Counted from the first letter of the stretch, positions 1 through 22,564 are shown. The stretch: DNA of 64,000 nt from Paragordius varius (GCA_964247055.1 OZ176051.1:4588001-4652000), one strand, 5' to 3'. Notes: generated by a model from the sequence alone, not told the origin. Numbers and translations: made by a program.

Positions 1-345
1 TTTCTTTATCAAGCAGGATATTATGGTGTTAATTCTTTCATTGCCTTTAAGTGAATTATCTTAACTTTTCTCTTTGTTAAAAGGTAACCTTATCTCCAAT
101 CCTTATTTATAAATCCCATAATTTATAAAAATCTTTAAAATCTAATTTTACTATAATTGTCGAAGTTTTTTGCAACACAGGCTTATTAATTTAATATTAT
201 TGATTTGCAAGGTTTTAGGCATTTTGACAGATAAAATTTTTATATTAACCTAAAAAATAGTTAACTTCTTATAATCAGCCTTACACTTCTTTTCATATAA
301 AACGCAGCCCCTAGAAAATCACACTGTTGACCCTAAATTTGGCAC

Positions 346-350
<5 letters not shown>

Positions 351-378
<28 letters not shown>
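351..378. repeat. (TA)n microsatellite
   Basis: Uninterrupted AT dinucleotide run. Confidence 0.9.
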
Positions 379-381
<3 letters not shown>

Positions 382-447
382 TAAACTAAAAGTATCATTC
401 AATTTAAAACCAAATAATTAATATCTTTCTCTGCCAATTATCGAGAA

Positions 448-3400
448 TCAATTCCCAATAAACACAGCGTAATTTGGCTTTTCTTTAAATAATAAAAAAT
501 ACTCAGATCTGTCAAAACAGTTGTATTCAACTTTTCCTGTTGTATCACATACGTAAGGATTGCATTGGCGAGTTTCACGCTGTATAGGTTCACATGGACA
601 TGTCCTAAATACGTTAATAACAATATATTAGATAAATGTTGGAAAGTTTAAAAATAGTTAAAAAAGGAAGATGAAAATGGCAGCTTAATAAAAGATAGCC
701 TTTATTACATGGGGTAATAACCTTTAATACTTGGTTTTCTATACATAAAATAGTGTTTTACATCGAACCATTGGTAATTATGTTCAAAACTATTTGAAAA
801 ATATATAACCATACTATTCGGGAAGAAAACTGTTGTTTATAAAAATGAAGGGGGAATGTTTTTTGACAAAACGAGTATGTTACTACCGTAGGTCAGGACA
901 TTCTAAAATACAATTTCTCGTTCTGACTTGAACGCCACAGCCTCCACATGGTTGGGAACATGGCTCCCATTTTGACCATGGTCCGTACAGAGCACCTCTT
1001 CTTAACCTTCTAGCGCAAGAATTCGGAACTAAAAAAATATATAAAATAGTAAGCAGAGCGAAAAATTGATAAAATAAAATGTAAATTTTAAGTTTGGCGG
1101 CAAAAAAGATATATAACCATTCATTACTACTTATCAATATGAACTACAGTAAGATTAATAAATGATTATCACGAAAAATGAATATTCAAAACATTAGTTC
1201 TGCTATTTTATAATTTCAAAAGATTTAAAGCTAAACAGTTTATTATGAAAGAATAATATCTTCCGTCTTTAATCGTTCACACAACCTTTAAAAATTACTA
1301 TCATGTATAACTGTCATTATAAATAAATTCATTATTAAATGAATTAATTATAACTATTAGGCCCCTTAAATGGCGATAAAAACCATGGTACACACTTTAA
1401 ATACCAAGTGATTAATTAATAATCTTACGCAATCGGACTCGTAATCTAAATCCGCGGCCAGTAGCCACCGAAGGTGACTCTGTTATAGAAGAATCGGGAT
1501 CGGCATTGAATATCAGAGCTAAGCGGTCACCTTCAGAGTTAATCGCTACTTCGGGTGGCGTGGGAGTACCACACAATCTAAATAGATATATTAGTCAAAA
1601 TTAGTTCTTTTTAATAAATTCTAAAAAATTTAAACGTTAATGATAGCATAATTAAAGTATGATAGATTAAAACAATTTTTAACTATATATAATTACCTGA
1701 GTCCAGTCATCCCTTGGTCGCGTCTGTATTTAACTTCAAGCCAATGTAGACATTGACCTCCTTCTGCAGATTGCAAAATCCCGAATTGAGTCATATTCAT
1801 GACCACTTCGACTCTCCCGAGAGATCCGTTACTGCATTTTGCCTAAAAATCAAACGAGTATTTTATGCTTTAATCCAAATAATTGAATGTCAATAGGAAT
1901 TAATGTCTAAAACACTTGGAAACATCATTTTTTTGATTTGGAACCCTATTGGTTACCCTAATCTACCGTCCGACCGCTTCTATTTGACTATTAGGTAAAA
2001 TCTCATTCAAGTAATAATTATATTGATTAACGATTAAAAAATCAACTATACTTACATTAAAAACCCAATTGCATCTCCCTAAACGATAATCTTGATCAGG
2101 CCATCCTGGTGTTGAAATAATGATGGGTGGAGTTCTTTCATTAAGTTCGTAGGCCCCAACATCATTCGGACAATTATCACGATCTATTGATCATTTTGAA
2201 AATAATGCAAAATTTGATTTTAAATAATTTCAAACAGTTTTTACAAGGGAAAAATTGTAAAAAATTTATGAAACATTACTTAGACTGGGTGCTGCATCAA
2301 GACATTTTCTACCAGCATACCCACTTGGACAAACGCAATTTCCACAATCATAGGGACGAGCGAATCCTTTATTAGAACAAGAATTTTCACCGCTACAGGT
2401 ATCTAAATAATAGAAGAATTAAATGCTAATTTTTTTATGGATTTTATTAAATATGAATTTTTCAAATGCTTAATTTTATCTAAGTTCAAAGTGACGACTT
2501 AACCAATATTAATTTTAAATTTTTTTACTGTTGCAATAATAGTAATTGATAGATTTGAGATCGTAGAAAGACGGTTCAAAGCTAGAGCCCATAGTTCTTT
2601 GATAACGAAATTGTTTGGCATAAAATACAGGATTAGCTACTCCGCCTGTTCCATATTCCTAAAATTTGCGCAAAATTAAACGAAAATCAATCAATTAATG
2701 GAAAAGTAAATCTGTACAAAACATAATATTTGTTAAAAAAAATATTTTGAAATTCATGATACCCTCCTGTTAAATGAGCTAAATTATTAATATTTATTTA
2801 ATAAACGAATAGATAAACCAAAACATGCAAGAAAATGTATAAATACTTACGTTCGCATAATAATGCATAAGACTGCCATAATCATATTGAATATTAAACG
2901 TTTCAGCACCTAATGTAGTCAAGGAAACTGGAGCATTTGCGGCCAACTAATAAATACACATAGTTTTATATATTTATAAATTTATGATAAAAGTACAAAA
3001 CTTTATGAATTTACCCTTTGAGATTCGATAACAATATATTGGTCCCTATCACGACGTTGAATTTCGTAGATTACTCCCAATGCACGGCCAATCAATTGCG
3101 AAATGATCCTTAACTAAATATAAATTTATTAGTTCATAAATTTATGTAAAAATAAATATATAGATATAAAGCTATGGAACAACATAAATATTATTAGCAA
3201 GGTGATTTGGATCTGTTTTTTTTGATAAAATATATATGGGTATTTATTCTATTGTACATCTAACGAAATAAATCTTACATGCTAAAATTAAATTCTCAAT
3301 AGTTGATGATATTTAGATCGTAAAAGTATTCGGGTTTCACCACCACAAAGCGAAATAAACCAATCGCGTATTATTATATGAAATATATTATTATATTAAT

Positions 3401-5335
3401 TCATTTACTAATATAAAATTTTAAAACTAAATTAGATCATGCTAAAATATATAGTAGTGTTCAAATTTACCCGATATAATCCATATTTAAGATATACCTA
3501 AGGTAAGCAAATTTTTGTTTCAAATATTGATTGAAACTTTTGGAGCAAATTTTTTTGGTTTAACAAAACCCCAAAAAGAGAATAAAATAATTAGAGATAA
3601 TTTAGCCAGATTTTTGTTTTTTACCATATATGCTTTAAGTTCGCAAATTACCAATATACATTTATTAGATTAGATTGTTTTTGACCCATACCCTGAATTA
3701 TTACCCGTTTTACCGAATGCACTCATTCGCGACCACTACTTTGAAATAATAAAGGTAATTATATATTGGAATAAGTTAAGAATTATTTTGGCAACTATTA
3801 TCTTTTTGCAATGGTATTCCACGATTTAAATTTTTAAAATAATACAAATTTCAACAATAATTCGATTGATTCCTAATTTTTATCATATTGGTTAATTTTA
3901 GAGGCGACAGTCACGGTCATGGATGCATCTATAACCATTCACACTCAATCTGTTTGTAAAATGTTTAATTATTTTAATGTTTTAAGTTTACAATTACAGA
4001 CTGAAACTGCTACTTCAGCGTTTTTTTTATTTAATGATAAAAATATAAATATGCTATTTACATTAAAGCACGATCCCGTTAAACCAATGAGTTGACGTCC
4101 TCCTTGTCGACCCAAATTTGTTGTACATGCCGTCCTGATTTTATAATAATATATGTTACCCGTTTATATAAAATGTTGAAATTAGTTTTATCAATTGAAT
4201 CGAAAAAATATTAAGCAAAACTTATTAAAAGTATCTGTTATATGGATGCCATAAGATCTTACACATTGAAAGAAAAGTAAATGAATAATTAATAATAACA
4301 TTGAATTATGCTTAACACTTCATGGCCTTTTGGGGTAATTTCATACTTTAGCGCTATTTAATCAAATATCTCAAAAAATATTTTTAGCATTATGCCAAAA
4401 AAAATGATTATTTAAGCCTTTTAGGCGCATGAGACAAATAATTTTTTAAATAAATGTAAAATCGTAAAAAAATCCTTATTTCAAACTCTTTGGCCGCTAT
4501 TTTTCAATTTATTTTTAAAACTGACAGGCAAATAAATGTAATTATTGTTAAAACATAAATCAACTTTGAAAAGATCTCAAACTACAATTTACCAAGAAAT
4601 TTTTGATATTTTATAATTTTAATATCAGCTGTTCGTTTCAATCGTGTTAAAATGTCTAATTTTGAGACAATGGAAGTCAAAAACTTTATAATTATAAGTT
4701 TTTTTATCTAATACAGGAGAAGAGAGTTTGAGAATTAAATTTAAACCAAAACAACTTTCAGAACAGTAGTTTGCTTACTTTTTTAAGTTAAAAAAATTAA
4801 AAATCAAAAATTAACTTACGTGCCCGCTGCAGGTGCATCGAAATACAAGTGATTAACGGTACTTGGAGGGTTGGTTTCTTTACGAAATCGTATACACGTG
4901 TTTTGACTCCAAAGTTCTAAAGCTCGCTCAATCTTACGCGTTTGTTCAACATCTAACGTCGTATAAAATTTTCGGTAAAAATATAATTTTAAATGGAATA
5001 GAAATTTTCTGCAATAATTTTTAAGGAATTTAAAAAGCATTCATACTATTTATAGTAGGGGCAATGGCATAAATGATTGGATTTTTATCCCACTTTTGAT
5101 AATCATTGCGATCATATATTGCTCTTGACATTCGATGTCTTGGAACATGTGAAATTTCAACATAATTTGATGGATAATGATAGGATGTGTTACTGGACAA
5201 TGTTTCATATTCCAATTTAATCGTTGTTATCCAAATAAATAGAATTTGACATAGGATATGGAATATCTTTTTAACATTGTTACTTTGTATAAAATTGCAT
5301 CTAATACTGTAGCAGATATTGCGATTTAAACTCAT
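448..5335 (-). CDS. Astacin (M12A)-EGF-CUB-TSP1 protein, predicted catalytically inactive; 12 exons
   Basis: Phase-consistent GT-AG exons at 5335-5047, 4952-4820, 4134-4062, 3113-3015, 2946-2851, 2658-2529, 2402-2280, 2183-2056, 1842-1697, 1577-1429, 1028-887 and 604-~448. Pro-region ends RHRMSR. Astacin motifs: WSQNTCIRF, CTTNLGRQGGRQ, RRDRD, Met-turn YDYGSLMHY, YQRTMG..PSFYDLKSIN. EGF: CSNKGFARPYDCGNCVCPSGYAGRKC. CUB: ISTPGWP..CNW..WLEVK..GRGFRL. TSP1: GPWSKWEPCSQPCGGCGVQVRTRNC..CPC..RETRQCN. The exact 3' end (448) is uncertain. Confidence 0.9.
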
Positions 5336-6986
5336 ATTAATTTTATTTGTAAAATAAAAATTTTAGGCTCGTTGAATAAAAACTAATCAGACATTTAAAA
5401 GAAATTAAAAAATTTTCAAGATCATGAACAAACTAGAAATATCAGACACAAAAATAAAATATTAATGTATAATTTATTTTATATTTTCCTGATAAACATT
5501 GACCTTAGTAATTGTGATGACTTCCTTTATAATTACCATTGAAAGGAGATGAGGGATTTCTATCTACATATTAATATGCAATGAAAAATTTATTTATTAA
5601 AAAAGAAAAAAATATATTTTCTAACTAGTTAAAAAAGCGGTAAATTACATGTGCAAACTCATAAGATTTAAAAACTATTTTTGATTGTGTTTATCTAAAA
5701 TTAGTGGCTTTTATAAATATATATCTTAAAATGACATCAATGTGGGCAAATTAAAATTTGTTTGCATGAAAATTTATTAGATTATTTTTGATTTTGCACA
5801 ATCATTAACTATTTAATATACAGTTAGGAGTATCTTTTTTCTTTTTTAAACTAAGTAAGAACTAAAATTGTACCAGGACTTAAAAACTCACTCGCTTTAA
5901 AAATTACATGATCTCAGGGTTTGAAATCTGCCACTCCGTACAGAGTGTAAAAATAGAGTTTGTTTGAGGGCTTACTAGTTATTTAAAAAAAATAATCAGA
6001 CATCTCAATCGCAAATTTAGCGCAAATTATACTAAATCTTGGTCAAAACTATTCAGCCCAAAATCGATTTAGATCATACAATTATTTAAAAAATTTTATC
6101 TACTAATCAAAAGTATTGAGACCCATTTAGCAGAACAATTAAACGCAAACCGGATCGAGCCTAAATGCCCATCATCACAACAAAATCAATTAAAATACAT
6201 ATTTTAATACAAATTAACATTATTTAAACATGTTTGACGTCGCTAATTTTTGAATTTCCTATTTAAGCTGTTACCAAATTTGTCAAACGTATATTGTATT
6301 TTCAAATGGTGGCGAAGTTATTATCCAAATGTTCGAATAAAAATTTAGGCGTTTTAGGGATACTTAAAAATAAACTAACTTAACACTGACGATCCCAGGG
6401 AAATCAAATATTTTCCAAATAGGGGATGTTTTGAAATCATTTCAAAAGTTTACACTTATATAACATTGAAACATTGAAAAATTAATGTACAAAAATACAA
6501 AAAATATTTGTTCAGCATGCTTGATATATTTTATTTATGGAGAACCTTATGGCAAAAATCTAGACAACACGACATGTATTAGCAAAATTTAAAATGCGAA
6601 TTAAACCATTTTTTCCGTCGATGCTAATGGTTTTTAATAAAAATTTATTATCTTTAGCGTTAGAATCTAAAAAAAAACAATATTTCGCTAAAATAATAGA
6701 AAGAAAAAATGGCGTCAAAGTTGTTTGATATGAATTTTATTTTTAAATTTTGCCTTATTTATATTATTTTTATAAATATACCATTTCCCAGTCTAAATAA
6801 ACGTTTTCCCAGTCAATCGAAACATTTTCCCAGTCAGTCGAAACGTTTTCCCAGTCAATCGAAACGTTTTCCCACTCAATAAAAACATTTTCCCAATCAA
6901 TATAAACGTTTTCCCAGTCAATAAAAACGGTTTTATTTTTGATGATAAATATCAAAACAAGAATATAAAACAACTTTTAACCATTA

Positions 6987-8111
6987 CACTAGACAACAAA
7001 TTTTAACTTTTTTTAACTGCCATTCTTGTAAATTTAAAATTTATTTCATTAAAGTACATAATTAGTATATCTGAAAAGAAAATTGGTCTAGCATGGAAGA
7101 ATTTTTTTATATTAGAGTTTAACGATAATTTTTGGCCCCGATTTAACATTAAACTCGAAATATCGAAAATTAAAAGTTTTAGATATGAAGCCATGTATAT
7201 TATATCATTCGAAAGAGCGCAAAACACTGCATCTTTTAAATGGTATTAAGTCATTTAAATAAATCGGATGTAAAAGTTATTTAGATTTAAATGCTCTAAA
7301 TTTTCAATCCTTAAATAAGTCAAGAATTTTCACAGACAAACTAATTTAAAAATCATATAAATTATTTTAATATAATAATTAAGGTTATATTAATATTTAA
7401 TTTTAAAAAAATGTTTGAAAAAGCTTTTGGTTTGCTTTTTTAATAAAAATTATTATTATCATAAATATTTTACCTAGTGGATACTAAAATGCATAGTTAT
7501 AACTGTAAATTTATTCACATAATGGCTATAAAAGATTAAAAATACCTTATACTTTGTTTTTATCTTTAAAATTTCGAAATTATCAGCCTTATAAAGAAAA
7601 TAAATTAATATTGAAGAGATGGTAATTTCTAAAACACAAAAAACTTAAAAATGGTTGTTTTGAGTGACATAAAAGCAATTAAAAAATGTTTTAATCAAAA
7701 AAACTTTCTTGTGTTATCTTTTTTGGACATTGATCACCATTTAAACAAAGTTTGAGCTATTTTCATCCATTAGTTTTTAAAAATATAATAATTAAAAAAA
7801 GTGCTCGCTTCGCGAGTTTGTCGCTCTTTGTGTCCAATATTAACTGTCGATGTAATACATATTAGTATGCATTTTATAAAGTTTTTATTACTCTTTCGAA
7901 TGATATATTACAAATGGGCATTACTTGTATATTTTCAAATAAAAATATTTTTTAGTAAAATTTTGATAAAGAGGGCGCATAATCAAAAAAAACAAATTAT
8001 ACAAAATTCTTCCAACGAGTTATAATTTTTATTTCAGATTTACTGTTAAAATGATACTAAATACCAGAAAATTCAAAAAACTCGAGTGGCAGAAAAATTT
8101 GTTGTCCAGTG
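6987..8111. mobile_element. Non-autonomous CACTA-like (CMC/EnSpm) TIR element, 1125 bp
   Basis: 18-bp TIR CACTAGACAACAAATTTT / CACTGGACAACAAATTTT. 3-bp TSD TTA (6984-6986, 8112-8114). The empty site CCATTATTAGC is present in the sister family A copy near 14476-14486. Confidence 0.8.
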
Positions 8112-8424
8112 TTATTAGCTTAATATTAGGATTTTATTTTTAATTAAAAAAACTATTGAATGACAATTTTTCCAAGTATATTCCAGTGCACAATCATTAA
8201 ACTTATTCTCTAAATGTTATATTTTTGGAATTTGAGTTAAGATAATGTTTTTTATTTTATTGATGATTCGCATTGTTTGCGGCTAACTTAAAAAATCTAT
8301 AGCTACGATGAAATAATAAATTTATAAAAATATACCATTTTTATCTCAAGGTCATTTAACACTTCATATTGGATCTTACACATAGATTTTACCATAATTT
8401 TATAATATTTATCATTTAGTCAAT

Positions 8425-8706
8425 CTGGGGCCCAACGCGACCTCCCCAGTATCTTTGTGCGGCCCGCGAATAATTTGGATATATCCAAAATATGCCCACA
8501 AAATATTCATATTTCTTAGGCAATTATTCTGAACGGGTCTATTAAATTGGTAACGAATTAAAAAAATTGTTATACTGTATTTGTATTTTACAGTCTTATG
8601 TCTAATCGAAAAATTATTTATGAATGCCCGTATATTCCGAATGCGGAACGCCATGCTTTTTGAGTTAAAAATACGGCCCGCGAAGACATTTGATTGGACA
8701 CCCCTG
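8425..8706 (-). mobile_element. hAT-type MITE nested in family A
   Basis: End CAGGGGTGTCCAA on the minus strand, opposite end CCCCAG, near-perfect 8-bp TSD TAGTCAAT/TAGTCAAA. A homologous end at 14769 lies in the second family A copy. Confidence 0.65.
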
Positions 8707-9399
8707 TAGTCAAATATCTTTTTATTTAATATTTTTAAATCAAAAACATTTTTATCGAAAAAAATTTTTAGATGTTTTTTCCGACAGTATTTTTATCGAC
8801 AAACTTGACTAAAAAGTACTCTGAAGCGTTCGGCAAATATTAATGCGAACCATCGATAAAATAAAAATATTATCTCAAATTTCAAAAAATATAACTTTTA
8901 AAGAATAAGTCATTAATGATTGTGTATGGAATATAATTGGAAAAACTGTCATCCAAATTGTGTTTTTATAAAAAATAATATCCTAATATTACGCTGATAA
9001 TGGTTAAAAGTTATTTTTATATCTTGTTTTGATATTTATCATCAAATATAAAACCGTTTTTATTGACTGGGAAAACGTTTTTATTAATTGGGAAAATGTT
9101 TTTATTGAGTGGGAAAACGTTTCGATTGACTGAGAAAATGTTTCGATTGACTGGGAAAACGTTTCGATTGACTGGGAAAATGTTTTGATTGACTGGGAAA
9201 ACGTTTATTTAGACTGGGAAATGGTATATAGAACCATAATTGACATAGCCCTTTTCAGGAATAATAATTAAAAGTTGGTCTACTCAGTTGTTCCAATCTG
9301 AACCTACGTAGAAATATGCTTTAACAAAATTTGTCAATCTAGCAAAGTATGCCCTTTTTCAAAAAGTAATCATAATAACGTTAATTAAATTATATAATA

Positions 9400-11320
9400 A
9401 TATAACTCTTTCGAGAGGTCCCATAGAATTCTGCCTATGAAATCTTCGCGTTTTAGGTTCAGGTTTGCCATATTTCTCCTAACGATATCTAACCATCGCG
9501 TTATAGGGCGCTTTTTTCATTAATCTTTTACTATCTCTTCTTTCTATATCTAACCACCTATAACAATTTACTTTTGTGTTATCGGTTTGCTTTCTGTATT
9601 TTCTGTGCTGTAAAAATTTTCACATTGTTTTGCCTCGTTACGCCACACATTAATCTAAGCATTCTCATTAATTAAATTCAAAATGCTTTTCTTCTTTCTT
9701 TTGGCCATGTCTATGATTTTTACATAATTGTTAGCTGTGCAAGCACTGTAAGTCTTACCCGACGCTTAGATCAGTATTTTTATCGGACTAAACATTTGAG
9801 ATCTTTTTTTAATTGCCCAACTATTCGGAATTCTTAATTTTTTAACATGCGTTAAAGAATCTTGTGCCGCTAAAAGCACTGCTAAATATTGGCCTTCCTC
9901 CTGACCTTTTAATCTCAGCCTTCTTTTAATTCTATTTCACTTTTTGCCTACCATTCAAATCCGTTTTCCTTATATTAGCTTATTAATCGCACCAAACTTA
10001 TCAATCCATTTTCTCACCAATTCTTTTGATTCATGCACGTTTATCAGCACTATTAGGTCGTAAGCATAAACCAAATATCAGCCACCACATTGTCCACTTC
10101 TTTGTATTGTTGTCCATTCATATATAGCAACGGACTGATTGCTGACCCCTGATAGACGCCTTGATTTTTCTATTCGGTAGTTTATAGCAAAATTTAGCAC
10201 AATTTTAAATTTTTTATAAAATACCCCCGGCATTTTTGCGTTTATTTTAATTGGACCAGCCCATTTTAGAAGAATAAAACTACTTTCGGACCACATCTAT
10301 AAACATTTTTTTTTAATTTTGTTTTGCTTATGATATATTTTAGTGATATTTTTTGGAATGAATCCTCTAGCTTTCACCAAAAATGTTTTTTTAAAAAAAA
10401 ATGAGCGCAAATTTTGCCATTTTCTAATATGAAGCACTTGCCACAAAATTGTAAATAACCCTTAAACCACTCGTAAAGGCAATAACCAAAAGCACCATGA
10501 TAATCCTGATACGTTTTCCTATCAAAATATATATATTTATATAATCAGCTTATTTTTTATACCCCCTGTATTTGGACGCAGTGTATCTCATTTACCCCTA
10601 AAAATAGGAACTGTGACACTCCTTCTCCATTCAGATGGTATCATCCCTGTAGTAACTTTATTATTAATTATTTCCGGTAAATAAATACAACATAAAATAT
10701 ATTACAATAGTGTATGTTAATATCCTCTAAAACTGCAGTTTATAGCATCCCTTTCAAACCAACCTGGACTTCTTCTTTGGTAATACTATTGATAATAATC
10801 TGGTGTTTCGGGTAAATTTCACTGGAGCCGGATTAATCGTGAATTCTTTCTACCTGTTCAATTTTTTATTGAATGCTACATATCGTTTTGTCTTTAATAG
10901 CGGTCGCATAAAGGGGCAATTAATTTCAATTTTTGTTTTGGTCGAGCAAAAGAAACCATTTAAGGCCTGTTTACTAATAATTAAGTCATCATGACTCCGT
11001 TTTTTTGACCAATCTCACAGCCTTATATCCTTATAAATCCTTTTAGACTTTTTAGTCTTCTGTTTGGTGGGCAAACCTCATCTCGCGATATAATTATTCT
11101 TTCGTCTCTCTCAATGCTGATCTCTAGCAGCTTTCCTCCTACACACCTCAACTCCCGTTCTCTAATCGTTTTAGCTATTTAAGACTAAACTTCTGGGTGC
11201 ATATTCCTGTCTATTATGGGTACAGTTAAATCTTTTTTATTATTTTTAAGGTATCTCATGCAATCACCTTCGGCGCCATAAACTTATCCTCATATTACTG
11301 ATAATAATAATTTAATTATA
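9400..11320 (-). mobile_element. Decayed RTE-clade LINE (RT and C-terminal remnants)
   Basis: Minus-strand peptides GMIPSEWRRSVTVPIF (~10600-10655), MRMLRLMCGVTRQNNV (~9620-9668) and RWLDIVRRNMANLNLKREDF..ILW (~9421-9498) match RTE ORF segments. Many stops and frameshifts; boundaries approximate. Confidence 0.75.
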
Positions 11321-11484
11321 TTACCCTTTCTATCATATGCTTATTAAAATATAGAACATAATGGATCAATAAAAGACTAGAACCGCATATAAAGATAAGA
11401 TATCTAATATTAGATTAAAATAAAAAAACATATGTACCATTATAAGGTGCAAAGAACATGTGGAACGAATTTATGTTGTAAGTT

Positions 11485-19584
<8,100 letters not shown>

Positions 19585-20221
19585 ACATAATAAAAAAGAT
19601 TTTGTCAATCAAATTGATAATTAGTATGATCGCGGTGTGTTAATGGTTTGCTAAAAAATATACGCACATTTAGTAATCTATTTATATGTATGTATTTCTG
19701 GAATAAATTAAATGAATTATATGTTGTTCATTGATATTGAATAAACACTCGAAATCGACAACTTTTCATGTGAAGTCTAATAACCCATCAGGTGATATTT
19801 AGTTAATTTTTATTTTTTGTGATATAGATAATTTTATCTCGAGTTTAAGCAAAAATCACCATGTATTAACATAAAATAACGGAGTCTATTATAATTTAAT
19901 TAAAAGAGGTATAGGCCTTGGAGTTGGGGAACTTAAGATAAACCTTTAATTAGTTAGTTTTATCCCTCCTGATTATTTATTTGGAATAAAAATAAACAGT
20001 TTCGCACATGCAATGTAATAAGCCAAGGTATGATTATTAGGTTAGGGATTATAATCTTATTTTGCTCAGTATAGGGTTAAATTAATTATTATAAATATAT
20101 ATTATATAATGCTATAATTTTCAATTCAACCCATATCCCCGAACATTATTTTATTATTTAGATTGTTTTACATAAACTGATTGTTAAGAAATATACTATT
20201 GTAAGAATCATAATACAGTAT

Positions 20222-22522
20222 ATGATTCTATTAAATTTAAGTGTATTTATATTCTTAATTCCATCACCAATGCATATGAATAGAATAAAAGTGAATTCTT
20301 GGGCCCCCGTTTGTCCTGATTACACCATTAAAGTACAGCGTAAAAATTGCAAACCATGCCCCGTTGAGGTGGAACAGTGTTATAACTCATTAAATAAGTC
20401 GGAGCTTATAACGGATGATGCTATACATTGTATACCTATCATTTGCAATGAATGTGTTTACGTGTTACACAATAGTGCCAAAGAGAATATTAAATGTGAC
20501 GCATGGTATTTCAATTATGGTGAAAAATAAATTAATTTGGTTTGAACATAAAATCGCTATTACAAATCTAACCAAATTAATATTTTATCCAAAAAAAATT
20601 GAATAAACTCAGAGACATGGATTAAATAATATATTCAAATTTTGAGAGAATTTATAAAAAGTATTAAAATGGGAATTTGTAATATATTTTTTATCTTGAG
20701 AGAATTAATACAATGTTGACATGATGTTGGAATATACATATATAAGGATGATTAAAATGCTGATGTTATCCACATATTTTTGAGAGGAATAACAACTATA
20801 GGTTGAATAAATATTTAAAACAGGTCAAAAGATCCAGTTCTTATTTTGATTCAAAAATGCTGTATATTTGTCAGGGGGCTTTATCATTATGGTGAAATAA
20901 CATTTATTTGGATCGCGTTATTATTACGTTCCAGGCTTTCAAAGCCCTTTGCATGAATATTATCATTGATATAGTATTCTTGGGCTAAATATTACAAGAA
21001 TGTTTCACTAATTCGGTTGATTTAAGCATATTAAATGTAAATATTTTTAGAAACTAATGTAATCGAGATTATTTAATAAACAAAAACAAAAGTCGACTCA
21101 TTCTATAATAATTTGATGACTATTTACTATTCTATAGTTCACATTATGTATGGTGATATTATCATATTTATATTATTTTTATTATCCAAGTATATACATT
21201 CTTTCAATGATCCAAGTACTTAATATTGTTTACCCTTTTCACGTAAATACTGTAAAATTTATTATACAAACAAAACGTAAACATATATAAACAATTTTGA
21301 AACTAAAACCCTATATTTTGAACGTTATTTTTTACAATCTAACACATTGTTAGAAACTGCAAAGTTTGAAATAGAGATGTAAAAATTGGTAATACAATCA
21401 ATTATATATTTCACGATTGTAATAATATCATAGATGATGTGGAAAATTATGGTTGTGTTTTAAAACATTTGTTTTTCGTTTTACACTTTGTCCGTATAAT
21501 TTCAATTATCACTGTATTCTTTTAATATCCCATATCTAATGTTGAAAATGCAATGGCGTTACAGGACCATGTTTTGATGCATGTTTGGAGGAATATATGT
21601 ATTGGCCAGAATATTCATCCTGTTTTATGTTTGACAAAAAGGGACCCATTGCTGAAGCTAATAAAATTTGTGGAAAAGCTCATCCACTTGTTCCAGAAGG
21701 AAATCTATTTGTAAGTTTCCTTTAGTTTGCAGTTTTACTCAGACATTTGTTGAAAAAAAACCGTTACCCATAGTGAAATATATATAAACTTTGTTAAATG
21801 GACGGAAACGAGTCAGAACTAATCAAAGTGTTTTTAGTTCAATTAAAAGCGAACTTGCGAGCGAGATTTATTCCATTAAAAACCACTTTAAACCGAATAC
21901 CTTATAATAAACTTAAAGTTTGGATCCAAGCTTTAAAAATTTTAAAATCATTTAAAAGACACTTTGGATATCGGGAATTTTATTCCAATTAGAAAAGAAA
22001 GCATAGCTTTTTAATAAATCAATATTAATACAAACTTGAAATTTAATACTAAAAAAATATTTTTAAACGCTTAGAATTAGATAAGATCTTGAGAAAAACA
22101 AATACTAAAAACTTATATTTCAATAAATTATGCACAAAATATTATCATTAATATTTCAATCCTAATAAAACTTTAAAGGATCAATCATTTAAATATAAAA
22201 TTTATTTTTACCATACTTTTGTTTTTAACTTTTATCAATTAAATCATTATTCATCTATTTTATCATTTTTAACCTATTTTCTTCATTTAACATTAACTTA
22301 AAATCAATATTAATTTTTAATCATTAAGAACCCGTATATCTTATTAAGTTCTAAAAATATATATAAATTTCTAAAAGATTTTAAGTATTCAAACATAAGT
22401 TTTCTGGGTTATTAATTACAATTTTTCATTAGAAAGACTTACAAGGTAAAATTTTGTTTAAATTGGAAAAAATTAGTTTGAAACAAAAAAGGTGGTTTTT
22501 GTATAAAATAAATTATTTTTTA

Positions 22523-22564
<42 letters not shown>

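Larger units (their letters stand above)
6779..9226. mobile_element. Foldback-type MITE family A, copy 1 (long TIRs with 21-bp tandem repeats), interrupted by two nested insertions
   Basis: Ends TA|TACCATTTCCCAGTC ... GACTGGGAAATGGTA|TA. The arms carry GACTGGGAAAACGTTTCGATT-type units. The body matches the 14209-15599 copy in reverse complement. Confidence 0.85.

Noticed and set aside
483-502. Possible 20-nt intron GTATTTTTTATTATTTAAAG near the astacin 3' end
   Set aside because: Weak AAG acceptor, no homology support, and read-through gives an equally plausible C-terminus.
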